29,088 bases of DNA from positions 1 to 29,088 of the forward strand of contig JADFNY010000001.1 of the NCBI GenBank assembly GCA_022563115.1, in the 5' to 3' direction. Made by a program: the position numbers and the translations under genes. Below the pieces are notes generated by a model. That model searched no databases, was not told the origin of the DNA, and saw nothing but the letters and a program-made list of their open reading frames with translations. Positions 1 to 8,719 of this stretch are shown here, in pieces (position 1 is the stretch's first letter; each line of letters starts with the position of its first letter). Source of the DNA: Acidobacteriota bacterium. GTDB lineage: Bacteria; Acidobacteriota; UBA890.

Positions 1-512
1 TCGGCACGGTTCAGGTGTTGAAGGAGGTTCTCCCGGTGATGAAGCGGCAACGCTCCGGGCACGTCATGAATATGTCGTCGGTGGTGGGGCGGAAGGCTTT
101 CCCCGGTTTCGGCGGCTACTCGAGCGTCATGTACGCACTGTCGGGTCTCACCGATGCGCTCCGCCAGGAGCTGCGGGGGACCGGGATCAACGTGTCGGTG
201 ATTCACCCGGCGCTGACGCAGACACCGCTGTTGTCGGCGGTGGACAGGGTCGACATGCCGCCGCCGTTCCGCAACCTGACGCCGATCCCGGTCGAGGATG
301 TGGCCGCGGCGGTGCTCAACGGCGTCCACAACAACCGTCTACGGACCGTTGTTTCCCTGCCGCCGAAAATGCTTCTGCTCGCCGACGCGATCTCGCCCAA
401 GTTGGGCGACCTGATCGTACGCCTCCTGGAGAACAAGCTGTTCGGCAGGTTGATCGGCTCCTACAAGGGATCGGTCTATCAGCACGAGCCGGCGACTCGA
501 AGCGTTGCTTGA
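1..512 (+). CDS. SDR-family oxidoreductase, C-terminal part (5' end outside window)
   Basis: Classical SDR C-terminal pattern GHVMNMSSVVG...GGYSSVMYALSGLTDALRQELRGTGINVSVIHP. The catalytic YxxxK position reads YxxxM. Confidence 0.85.
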   Translation, partial: GTVQVLKEVLPVMKRQRSGHVMNMSSVVGRKAFPGFGGYSSVMYALSGLTDALRQELRGTGINVSVIHPALTQTPLLSAVDRVDMPPPFRNLTPIPVEDVAAAVLNGVHNNRLRTVVSLPPKMLLLADAISPKLGDLIVRLLENKLFGRLIGSYKGSVYQHEPATRSVA

Positions 513-598
513 CCGCCGCCGTTCATGCTGGCCCAGTCGTTTGCTCTCGTGAAGCTGCAGAGCTGAAGAGGAGCGAAGTCGCCGAAGCGGTCCGCCGG

Positions 599-2047
599 TC
601 ATGGGTCTGTACCCGTGACACTTGGCGCTCCGGCGAGCCAGAGCGCGGCTCGCCGGCCCTGGCGTATTCCCGTCACCGCGGACTTCGAAAAAGCGACGCC
701 GTGGAGGCCGTTGCCGGCCAGGAACAAGCCCGGGGTGTGCTCGAGGGCTGCTTCGATGCGAGCCACGCGTGACGGGTGCTCGAGATCGTATTGCGGAATC
801 GCGCGACGCCAATTCTTCACTTCGGAGAACACAGGAACGGACGTCAGACCGAATATCCTCGCCAGCTCGTCGCGCACGAGCTCGACCAGGGCGTCGTCAT
901 CGAGCGCCGCAACGTCGGGATCCACACTGCCGCCGAGCATCGCCCGTACCAACACGTGTCCGTCCGGGCTGCGTCCCGCAAACAGCTGCGAATCCCAGAT
1001 GGAACCGAGAATCCGGTAACCCTGGGCGCGGGGGATGAGCACGCCGAAGCCGGTCGGGAAGCTCGAGGCTGCTTGCGGCCGATAACCCAGCGCCACGACG
1101 ACGACGGGCGGCGTCGCGATCTGGCGCAGCGCCGCCGCCACTTCGGGAGCGATGTCCGCCACCGCGTCGGCGTTTGCGAAGGCCTCACCGGCCGCGATCA
1201 CCGCGCTCGCTTCGATCGGAGCAGCATCGCCCCCCACGAGCACGCGGTAGCGTGGCGGTCCACGATCGGCGCCTTCGTCCGCCGCCGTGACCGCTTCGAC
1301 TGTCTCCACCTTGGCGTCACACCGCACCGTAAACCCGTCACTTTCAGCGAGTGCCACGGCCACCGATTGCAATCCCCGCCGGAAGGAGACGAGCTTTCCG
1401 GAGGGCCCACTCGAGAAACGCTGGTCGCGCGCGCGCTTCTTGCGGGCGGCGATCATGCCGCGGATCAACGAGCCGTGGTCACGCTCCAGAGCGACCAGCC
1501 TCGGAAAGCAGGCGCTCACCGAGAGCCGGCGCGCATCGCCGGCGAAGACGCCGAGCACCATCGGTGCGATCAACTTGTCTGCCGCCTCGACTCCCAATCG
1601 ACGGCGGGCAAAGTCCCAGACACTCTCGGCCGCGGCACGTTCCAGCCCGGCGCGCCGGATGAAGGGTTCCGCCATCATCCGCAGCAGGCCCATGGGCCCG
1701 ACGATCCCCGAGCGGGCGAACGCCAGCGGGTTCGCTTTCACCTCCCGGAGCCGCCCGTGCAACAGGTACCGACGCGCCGCGGCCTCGTTGGCCTCCACCT
1801 TTTCGCCGGCGATCCCGGTCCGCGCCAGCAGTTCGTCGAACTCCGGCTCGTTGTCGAGGTATGCGGCCGGGCCCGTTTCGACCAGCCAGCCGTCGCGTTT
1901 GACGGTACGCGCCTTGCCACCGACCGCGGGACTCGCTTCGAGCACCAGGATGTCGAGCCCGCCCGCGACCTCACTTCGATGACGAGCGGCTTCGTGAGCT
2001 GCACACAGGCCGGAGATTCCGGCGCCGATGATGACCAGGTGCTTCAT
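599..2047 (-). CDS. hemY: Protoporphyrinogen oxidase, HemY-type flavoprotein
   Basis: N-terminal FAD motif VIIGAGISGL, LEASPAVGGKART, ETGP, APMVLGVFAGD, WRRAIPQY, AGNGLHGV. Start moved to the ATG at 2047, where the dinucleotide fold begins. Confidence 0.9.
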   Translation of the reverse strand: MKHLVIIGAGISGLCAAHEAARHRSEVAGGLDILVLEASPAVGGKARTVKRDGWLVETGPAAYLDNEPEFDELLARTGIAGEKVEANEAAARRYLLHGRLREVKANPLAFARSGIVGPMGLLRMMAEPFIRRAGLERAAAESVWDFARRRLGVEAADKLIAPMVLGVFAGDARRLSVSACFPRLVALERDHGSLIRGMIAARKKRARDQRFSSGPSGKLVSFRRGLQSVAVALAESDGFTVRCDAKVETVEAVTAADEGADRGPPRYRVLVGGDAAPIEASAVIAAGEAFANADAVADIAPEVAAALRQIATPPVVVVALGYRPQAASSFPTGFGVLIPRAQGYRILGSIWDSQLFAGRSPDGHVLVRAMLGGSVDPDVAALDDDALVELVRDELARIFGLTSVPVFSEVKNWRRAIPQYDLEHPSRVARIEAALEHTPGLFLAGNGLHGVAFSKSAVTGIRQGRRAALWLAGAPSVTGTDP

Positions 2048-2070
2048 CGGTCCACCGCCGCCTGCTGTGG

Positions 2071-2117
2071 GCGCATGGGGGTTGCGGGGCCTATGCTGCG
2101 TCGCAACCCCCACGCAC
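2071..2117 (-). repeat. Intergenic stem-loop between hemN and hemY
   Basis: Perfect 11-bp inverted repeat, tgggggttgcg (2076-2086) / cgcaaccccca (2102-2112). It extends to 16 bp with two G-U pairs on the minus-strand RNA. Confidence 0.75.
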
Positions 2118-2146
2118 GGCACCCGCTGGAGCTTTTTAGCACGCTG

Positions 2147-3574
2147 CTAGACGGTACGGCTGAAGACCGGCTTGTCCGAGTCTTGCTTCTCGCGCAGGTA
2201 GCGATCGAAGCACATCGCCAGGTTGCGGACGAACAGCTCGCCGACCGGAGTGACCTCGATGCCGTCGGTGCCGACCTCGACCATGCCGTCGGCCTCGTGG
2301 GTGGCGAGCGCGGCGAGATCCTCGGCGAAGTAGTCGGAAAACTCGATGCCGTGGCGGGATTCGATGGCGGCGAACTCGACGCGGAAGTTGCACATGAGCT
2401 CGTGGATGACGTCGCGCCGCACTTCGTCATCGGCGCTGCGGGCGACGCCGCGGTAGACGGGTAGCCGCCCGGCGTCGATCGCCTTCCCGTAGCTGCTGAG
2501 TTTCTTCTCGTTCTGCACGTAGGAGCCCTGTACGTCGCCGATCGCCGAGATTCCCAAGCCGATGACGTCCGACGCCGGAATTACCGAGTAACCCTGGAAA
2601 TTGCGTCGCAGCCGGTGTTGCTGACGGGCTCGAAAGAGCTCGTCATCGGGCCGCGCGAAGTGGTCCATGCCGATGGGCTCGTAACCTGCCTTCAGGAGCT
2701 TGTCGCGAGCGACGGCGAACAGCTCGAGCTTGAGATCACGTCCCGGGAGGTCGTCCGGCGAGATCTTGTTCTGATGGGCTCGCATCCACGGAACGAGCGC
2801 AAACGAGTAGATCGCCAGCCGGTCGACACCCATGCTGATGACCTGTTCCACGGCCTGCGCGAACGACTCGGGGCTCTGCAGCGGGAGGCCATAGATCAGG
2901 TCGACGTTGATCCCCCGAAATCCCTTGCCGCGGGCGTACTCGATCAGCGCTCGGGTCTGCTCCACCGATTGCACTCGATTGACCGCTTCTTGCACCCGCG
3001 GGGTGAAGTCCTGCACGCCCATCGACACCCGATTGAAGCCGCGCTCGGCGAGAACATCGAGATGCTCGAACGTCGTCACCCTGGGGTCGACCTCGACGGC
3101 AAGCTCGGCGTCGTCGCGACGTTCGAAGCGCTCGAACAGGAAGTCGAGGAGCTCGGCGAGGTCGTTCGGCCGGTGGTAGGTGGGCGTGCCGCCGCCGAGA
3201 TGGAGTTGGGACACCTGCCGCCGGTGCGGTAGGCGTTCCGCGACCAGATCGATTTCGCGGCGCAGCAGCTCGAGGTACGGGGCCGTCTTCTCGTAGTGCG
3301 GGCTGATGATGACGTGGCAGGCGCAGAACAGGCATTGTTCCTCACAAAACGGCAGGTGTACGTAGATTGATAGCGGCTCGGACGCCTGCTCGTCGGCAGC
3401 CGTGAGCAGGTCGGCATAAACGTCCGCGTCGAGGCCTTCCTGAAACTCCACCGCGGTGGGGTAGCTCGTATACCTCGGTCCTTGCCGGTCGTAGCGTCGC
3501 ATGAGCTCGGTGGTTACCGCCGGCGAAAGCGGTCGAGCCGTGGCCCCTCCCGGATGGGTGTCGTTCTGTGCCAT
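2147..3574 (-). CDS. hemN: Oxygen-independent coproporphyrinogen III oxidase (radical SAM)
   Basis: RYTSYPTA, YVHLPFCEEQCLFCAC (CxxxCxxCxC), HLGGGTPT, EVDPR, IGMDHFA and RRNFQGYS are hallmarks of HemN proper rather than HemW. Confidence 0.95.
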   Translation of the reverse strand: MAQNDTHPGGATARPLSPAVTTELMRRYDRQGPRYTSYPTAVEFQEGLDADVYADLLTAADEQASEPLSIYVHLPFCEEQCLFCACHVIISPHYEKTAPYLELLRREIDLVAERLPHRRQVSQLHLGGGTPTYHRPNDLAELLDFLFERFERRDDAELAVEVDPRVTTFEHLDVLAERGFNRVSMGVQDFTPRVQEAVNRVQSVEQTRALIEYARGKGFRGINVDLIYGLPLQSPESFAQAVEQVISMGVDRLAIYSFALVPWMRAHQNKISPDDLPGRDLKLELFAVARDKLLKAGYEPIGMDHFARPDDELFRARQQHRLRRNFQGYSVIPASDVIGLGISAIGDVQGSYVQNEKKLSSYGKAIDAGRLPVYRGVARSADDEVRRDVIHELMCNFRVEFAAIESRHGIEFSDYFAEDLAALATHEADGMVEVGTDGIEVTPVGELFVRNLAMCFDRYLREKQDSDKPVFSRTV

Positions 3575-3587
3575 GTGCCTTCCGCCT

Positions 3588-4643
3588 CTATCCTCCGGTG
3601 CCGGCCGATGCGACGGCGCGACGATCTTCCTGCGCTTCGTCGTGAACGGCCTCGATCAGCGCCTCGACGCTCTCGATCGGGGTCTGCGGGAGGATGCCGT
3701 GCCCCAAGTTCACGATATGGCCCTCACGGGGAACGCCTTGCAACAATCGGCGCGCCGCCCGCGACGTCCGCTCGGGACCGGCGAGCAGAACCGCCGGGTC
3801 GAGATTTCCCTGCAGGACCTTCTGCGGTCCCAACGCCTGGCGCAACCCGGACAGATCGACCCGCCAGTCGACCGAGAAGCCATCGGCCGGCAGGGAAATC
3901 ATCCCTCCCAGCAGATGCGGCGCATTCTGCATGAACAAGATGCTCGGCACCCCGAGCTCGCCGATCTGCTCGAGAAGATTCTGCAAGTGCGGTTTCACCA
4001 GCGCCGACCAATCCGCAAACGACAGCACGCCCGACCAGGTCTCGAAGATCTGTACGGCGTCCACGCCGGCCTCCACCTGCCCTCTCAGGTACGAAACCGA
4101 CAGGTCGGTGAGCCGCTCGAGAAGGTCGGCCAGGACTCCCGGTTCGTCGGCGGCGAGCGCCCGCAGCGCCGGAAAGTCGCGCCCACCGCGACCTTGCACC
4201 AGGTACGCCGCCAAGGTCCAGGGTCCGCCGCTGAACCCGAGCACCGGAACACGGTCGGCAAGCTCGTTCTTGACCGAACGAATCGTCTCCAGGACCGTCG
4301 GGGCGATCTCCTCCTGGTCCGGAACCGGCAACGCCTGGATCGCCGCCGCCGACCGCAGCGGCTTGTTGATCACCGGACCGGGAGCGAACTCGACGTCGAT
4401 CCCGAGCGCCCCGATCGGGCTCATGATGTCGGCGAAAACAATGGCGGCATCGAGCGGGAACCGTTCGAGGGGCATCAGCGTCACTTCGGTCGCCAAATCG
4501 GGGCGGGCGCACAACTCTTCGAACGAGAAACGCTCGCGGAGCGCCCGGTACTCGGGGAGGTAACGACCGGCCTGCCGCATGATCCACAGCGGCCTGCGTT
4601 CCGTGTCTTGGCCGCGAAGCGTGCGCAACAGAAGGTCGTTCAT
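3588..4643 (-). CDS. hemE: Uroporphyrinogen decarboxylase
   Basis: PLWIMRQAGRYLPEY, DAAIVFADI, GGPWTLAAY, QGNLDP, NLGHGI. The ATG at 4643 overlaps the hemL stop (ATGA). Confidence 0.95.
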   Translation of the reverse strand: MNDLLLRTLRGQDTERRPLWIMRQAGRYLPEYRALRERFSFEELCARPDLATEVTLMPLERFPLDAAIVFADIMSPIGALGIDVEFAPGPVINKPLRSAAAIQALPVPDQEEIAPTVLETIRSVKNELADRVPVLGFSGGPWTLAAYLVQGRGGRDFPALRALAADEPGVLADLLERLTDLSVSYLRGQVEAGVDAVQIFETWSGVLSFADWSALVKPHLQNLLEQIGELGVPSILFMQNAPHLLGGMISLPADGFSVDWRVDLSGLRQALGPQKVLQGNLDPAVLLAGPERTSRAARRLLQGVPREGHIVNLGHGILPQTPIESVEALIEAVHDEAQEDRRAVASAGTGG

Positions 4644-6013
4644 GACGGTCCCATTGCCGCGAGCGCCGCCGCGACGCCGTCGCAGAAGCGCTCGAGGTGT
4701 TGGTCTTCGTGAGCCAACGACAGGAACCCCACCTCGTAGCTCGACGGCGCCAGGTACACGCCGTTCTTGAGCATGAGGTGGAAGAAGCGACGGTAGCGCT
4801 CGGCGGCATGCGGGTCGATCGCAGCGGCGCTGCGTGGCGGCTCTCCGCCTTGGAACGCCAGCCAGAAGATCGAAGCGCAGCGCACCAGCTGAATCGGTGT
4901 TGTTGCCGCCTCCAAGATCGGCACCAGCATGGTCTCGAGCCTCTCGCCGGCGGCCTCCAGCTTCTGCCAACCTCGCTCGCGCTCGAGTAGGCGAAGGGTC
5001 TCGAGGCCGGCTGCCATCGCCACCGGGTTGCCCGAGAGCGTCCCCGCCTGGTAGACGGGCCCCTCGGGGGCCAGGTGGTCCATGATGTCGGCGCCGCCGC
5101 CGAACCCGCCTACGGGAAGCCCGCCGCCGATTACCTTGCCGAAGGTGGCGAGGTCGGGCGTGATGCCGAACAGCTCCGCGGCTCCGCCCGGCCCTACCCG
5201 GAAGCCGCTGATGACCTCGTCGAAGAGCAGCAGCGCGCCTCGCTGCCGCGTGAGGTCGCGCAGCGCCCCGAGGAAAGCCGCGCGTTGGAGGAGCAAACCG
5301 TTGTTGGCCGGTATCGGTTCGACGATGACCGCCGCGATGTTGTCGCCCTGGCGGCGAAAAAGGGCCTCGAGCGCCTCTTCATCGTCGAGCGGCAAGACGC
5401 AGGTCTGCGAGGCGAACGATTCGGGGACGCCCGCTGAGTCGGGCCGGCCGAACGTCGCCAAGCCGGAGCCGGCGGCGACCAGCAGATGATCGGCGTGGCC
5501 GTGATAGCAACCCGAGAACTTCACGATCAGGTCTCGGCCGGTGGCGCCGCGCGCCAAACGAATCGCGCTCATCGTTGCCTCGGTACCGGAGGAAACAAAG
5601 CGGACCTTTTCGAGCCCCGGGTACAGCGACGTCACCGTTTCTGCGAGCTCGATCTCGACCTCGCAGAGCGCACCGTACGTGGTGCCGCGCTCGGCAGCCC
5701 GGCGGACCGCTTCGACGACCGCAGGGTGAGCGTGCCCGAGAATCAGCGGACCCCAGGAACAGACGAAATCGATGTAACTGCGGCCGTCCACATCCTCGAT
5801 GAGGGCGCCGCTACCCGACCGGATCACGATCGGCTCGCCACCGACGGCGCGAAACGCCCGCACCGGGGAGTTCACCCCGCCGGGGATACACTCCTTCGCA
5901 CGTTGGAACCACGCTGCGGACGTCGCCCCCGGCGCGGGCGCGGGCGCGGCTGACTCGGCTGCGGCTGACTCGGCTGCGGCTGACTCGGTGGCGGGTGCGG
6001 CTCCTTCCTTCAT
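4640..6013 (-). CDS. hemL: Glutamate-1-semialdehyde 2,1-aminomutase
   Basis: IPGGVNSPVRAF, SGTEATMSAIRLARG, GCYHGHAD, FDEVISGFR, PLP lysine in GKVIGGGLPVG, YQAGTLSGNP. The ATG at 6013 overlaps the hemB stop. Confidence 0.95.
   Translation of the reverse strand: MKEGAAPATESAAAESAAAESAAPAPAPGATSAAWFQRAKECIPGGVNSPVRAFRAVGGEPIVIRSGSGALIEDVDGRSYIDFVCSWGPLILGHAHPAVVEAVRRAAERGTTYGALCEVEIELAETVTSLYPGLEKVRFVSSGTEATMSAIRLARGATGRDLIVKFSGCYHGHADHLLVAAGSGLATFGRPDSAGVPESFASQTCVLPLDDEEALEALFRRQGDNIAAVIVEPIPANNGLLLQRAAFLGALRDLTRQRGALLLFDEVISGFRVGPGGAAELFGITPDLATFGKVIGGGLPVGGFGGGADIMDHLAPEGPVYQAGTLSGNPVAMAAGLETLRLLERERGWQKLEAAGERLETMLVPILEAATTPIQLVRCASIFWLAFQGGEPPRSAAAIDPHAAERYRRFFHLMLKNGVYLAPSSYEVGFLSLAHEDQHLERFCDGVAAALAAMGPS
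5931..5988. repeat. Tandem repeats in the hemL 5' extension (6-bp x3, and 15-bp x~2.9)
   Basis: ggcgcg x3 at 5931-5948; gcggctgactcggct x2 plus 13 bp at 5946-5988. Encodes ESAAAESAAAESAAPAPAP. Confidence 0.85.
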
Positions 6014-7017
6014 AGCCATCCACGCTGCAGCGCATCGCGTGCGTGGTAGGTGATGATCAGGTCGGCCCCGGCTCGAACCATCGCACCCAGGTTCTCGCGG
6101 ACCACGGCTGCTTCGTCCAACCAACCGCGCTCCGCCGCCGCCTTCACGGCGGAGTACTCACCCGAGACGTTGTAGGTAGCCAACGGCAAGCTGGTCTCTT
6201 CGCGTACCGCCCGGACGACGTCGAGGTACGCCAGAGCCGGCTTGACCATCAGCATGTCGGCCCCTTCTTGCTCGTCGAGACGGGCCTCGCGGATTGCCTC
6301 GCGAACGTTGGCCGGGTCCATCTGGTACGCCTTGCGGTCGCCCGCAGCCGGGGTCGACTCGGCGGCATCGCGGAACGGACCGTAGTACGCCGATGCGTAC
6401 TTGACCGCGTACGACAGGATCCCGACGTCTGTATGGCCGGCTTCGTCGAGCCCTTCGCGTATGGCGGCCACCCGCCCGTCCATCATGTCGGACGGGGCGA
6501 CCAGGTCGGCCCCTGCTTCGGCGTGCGCCACCGCCGTTTCCCGCAGCAAGGGCAGCGTCTCATCGTTGATCACTTTGCCGTCGCGCAACACCCCACAATG
6601 TCCATGCGACGTGTAGGCGCACAGGCACACGTCCGTGATCACGACGATCTCGTCGCCGACCTGCTGTTTGAGAGCCGCGACCGCCCGTGCGACCGCGCTG
6701 TCCGGCGAGCTCGCCGGCGTCCCTCGTTCATCCTTCGATCCATCGGGTGGCGTACCGAACAGAAGTACGGCGCGAATACCGAGCTCGGCGTCGGCCAGCA
6801 CGCGCTGCACGAGATCCTTGACCCCATATCTCGAGATCCCGGGCATCGACTCGATGGGGTCCTCGGCCCGATCCGTGGGAAGAACGAAATGCGGCATGAT
6901 GAGCTGCTCGGCGGAGACCCGATTCTCACGCACCAGGGCTCGCAGCCGCTCGGTAACGCGGAGCCGTCTGGGGCGGCTGCTGAGCGCTGCGGGAACTTCT
7001 CGGGAATCGATGGTCAC
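6010..7017 (-). CDS. hemB: Porphobilinogen synthase (ALA dehydratase), Zn-Cys type
   Basis: RPRRLR, DVCLCAYTSHGHCG zinc site, SDMMDGRV, YAVKYASAYYGPFR, MVKPAL, YNVSGEY. GTG start overlaps the hemD stop. Confidence 0.95.
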   Translation of the reverse strand: MTIDSREVPAALSSRPRRLRVTERLRALVRENRVSAEQLIMPHFVLPTDRAEDPIESMPGISRYGVKDLVQRVLADAELGIRAVLLFGTPPDGSKDERGTPASSPDSAVARAVAALKQQVGDEIVVITDVCLCAYTSHGHCGVLRDGKVINDETLPLLRETAVAHAEAGADLVAPSDMMDGRVAAIREGLDEAGHTDVGILSYAVKYASAYYGPFRDAAESTPAAGDRKAYQMDPANVREAIREARLDEQEGADMLMVKPALAYLDVVRAVREETSLPLATYNVSGEYSAVKAAAERGWLDEAAVVRENLGAMVRAGADLIITYHARDALQRGWL

Positions 7018-7754
7018 GGGATCGCCTCGATCATGCCTTCGAGATCACGTCCGGTTGCCTCGCCGTCGACTCGCAAGCCGGCTTCGCGGGCGGCACGGGT
7101 GGTCGAAGGCCCGATGGTGATGATGGGAACGCTCTCAGGAACGTGGGCCCTCGCCAACAGGCCGGCTACCGCCGAAGGGCTCGCCAGGAAGATCGCGTCG
7201 ACGTTCATGCCGGCGATGTCCTCGCGCGGCTCCTCGGCCGGCGCCACGACCGTTCGGTACACGGCAACGTGCGACACCGCGATGCCCAAGGGCTCGAGCG
7301 TCGCTTCGAGATCACGGCTCGGCTTTTCCGCCCCGGCTCCGACCACTCGGATCGATCGAGGGTCGCCGTCGGCCAAGCGTTCAGCGAGGCTCTCGGCAAG
7401 CGTGCGAACGGTGCCGTCCGGCCCGATGAGGTCAACGCGGCCAAGCTCCCGCTCGGCGGCGTCGGCAGTGGTCCTTCCCACTGCGGCGATCGAAACGCTT
7501 ACTACCGATCGCGGCCCGGCGAGCGCTGCAACGCCGCCAACACCCCGCACCGAGGAGACAACGAGCCAGTCGGCGTCGTGCAGGGCAGCTACGAGCTTGG
7601 CGGCCGTCGCCTGGTCGCGGATGGGCCGCCCTTCGATACACGGAAACACCACGGCGCGGCCGCCCCGTGCGGCAAGCCCGTCGGCCCAGACCTCGGCATC
7701 CTCGCGAGCCCGCGTCAGCAGCACGGTGAGCCCATCGACGTTGCCCACGATCAT
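7014..7754 (-). CDS. hemD: Uroporphyrinogen-III synthase
   Basis: VLLTRA, FPCI, LVVSSVRGV, AAVGRTTA, VYRT, FLASPSAV, TIGPSTT. Lies between hemC and hemB with 4-nt overlaps at both ends. Confidence 0.88.
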   Translation of the reverse strand: MIVGNVDGLTVLLTRAREDAEVWADGLAARGGRAVVFPCIEGRPIRDQATAAKLVAALHDADWLVVSSVRGVGGVAALAGPRSVVSVSIAAVGRTTADAAERELGRVDLIGPDGTVRTLAESLAERLADGDPRSIRVVGAGAEKPSRDLEATLEPLGIAVSHVAVYRTVVAPAEEPREDIAGMNVDAIFLASPSAVAGLLARAHVPESVPIITIGPSTTRAAREAGLRVDGEATGRDLEGMIEAIP

Positions 7755-8719
7755 GCCTCCACACCGGCGCCATCGGCGGGCGCCGTGCACAGTTTGTCCG
7801 AGAGCCGCGCCCATAGACGCGCGGCCAGCTCTTCGGGATTCTCTCCCCGACCGCTTTGCCGTACGAGCAGGCCGTCGGATTCGATCACCGACACGAGCTC
7901 CAAATCGCCTCCCTCGAGCCGTCGGCACCAGGCGCCGAACGGCAAGTCGCAGCCGCCGTCAACCAGCCGCAGGAGCTCACGCTCCGCCCGCACCGGGACT
8001 GCCGCATCGGCGTCGTGCAGCGGGGCGACAGCGTCGACCACGCGATCGCCCCCACGGCACTGTAGGGCAAGGGCTCCTTGGGCCGGTGCGGGCACGAAAA
8101 CAGCGGGGTCGAGGCGCAGGTTCACGAGGCTGTCCAAGCCCAGGTCGGAGGCGTTCTGACGCTCGAGCCGTATCAAGCCCGCGGCAGCCAGGACGATGGC
8201 GTCGTAGGCGCCCTCGCGGAGCTTGGCCAGGCGGGTGGGCACGTTGCCGCGGATGGGCTCGATTCTCAAATCGGGGCGCAGCGACCGCAACAGGGCGCGA
8301 CGACGCTCGGACGCGGTGCCGACGACGGCATTCTCCTTCAGCTGCAGGTCGAGCCCGAGTTCCGCGCCCGGGGCGCCGGGCCCCGCACGCCGACCATCGG
8401 CACGCATGATCAAGCAATCCTCCGGTTCGAGCCGCTCGGGCATCGCCGCAACCACCAATCCTTCAGCGCTCCGGGAGGGGAGATCCTTGTAGCTGTGGAC
8501 GGCCAGATCGACCTTGGCGTCGAGAAGAGCCGCTTCGATCTCACCAACGAAAACTCCAGGGGCGCCGATCTCCGAGAAGCGACGATCTTGGTCGCGATCG
8601 CCGGCCGTCTCGACGATGACGACTTCCGTGTCGTGTCCGAGATCAGCGAGGGCCCGAGCCACGCCGTTCGTCTGAGCGAGCGCCAGGGCGGAGCCACGTG
8701 AGCCGATGCGGATCTTCAC
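7751..8719 (-). CDS. hemC: Hydroxymethylbilane synthase (porphobilinogen deaminase)
   Basis: IRIGSRGSALALAQ, VHSYKDLP (catalytic Asp), GTASERR, RGNVPTRL, LAAAGL.RL, cofactor Cys in GGCDLP. Confidence 0.95.
   Translation of the reverse strand: MKIRIGSRGSALALAQTNGVARALADLGHDTEVVIVETAGDRDQDRRFSEIGAPGVFVGEIEAALLDAKVDLAVHSYKDLPSRSAEGLVVAAMPERLEPEDCLIMRADGRRAGPGAPGAELGLDLQLKENAVVGTASERRRALLRSLRPDLRIEPIRGNVPTRLAKLREGAYDAIVLAAAGLIRLERQNASDLGLDSLVNLRLDPAVFVPAPAQGALALQCRGGDRVVDAVAPLHDADAAVPVRAERELLRLVDGGCDLPFGAWCRRLEGGDLELVSVIESDGLLVRQSGRGENPEELAARLWARLSDKLCTAPADGAGVEA

Noticed and set aside
513-598. Possible bidirectional terminator between the SDR and hemY
   Set aside because: Only an imperfect stem (tttgctc/gagcgaa) and no T-tract on either strand.
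776-2464. 562-aa plus-strand ORF
   Set aside because: Antisense shadow of hemY/hemN in GC-rich DNA; no recognisable motif.
3575-3580. Same AGGCAC hexamer directly before the ATG of both hemN and hemA
   Set aside because: Six bases in two places; consistent with a weak RBS or chance.
6043-8409. 788-aa plus-strand ORF
   Set aside because: Antisense to hemB/hemD/hemC; the Arg/Ala/Pro-rich composition is typical of shadow frames.
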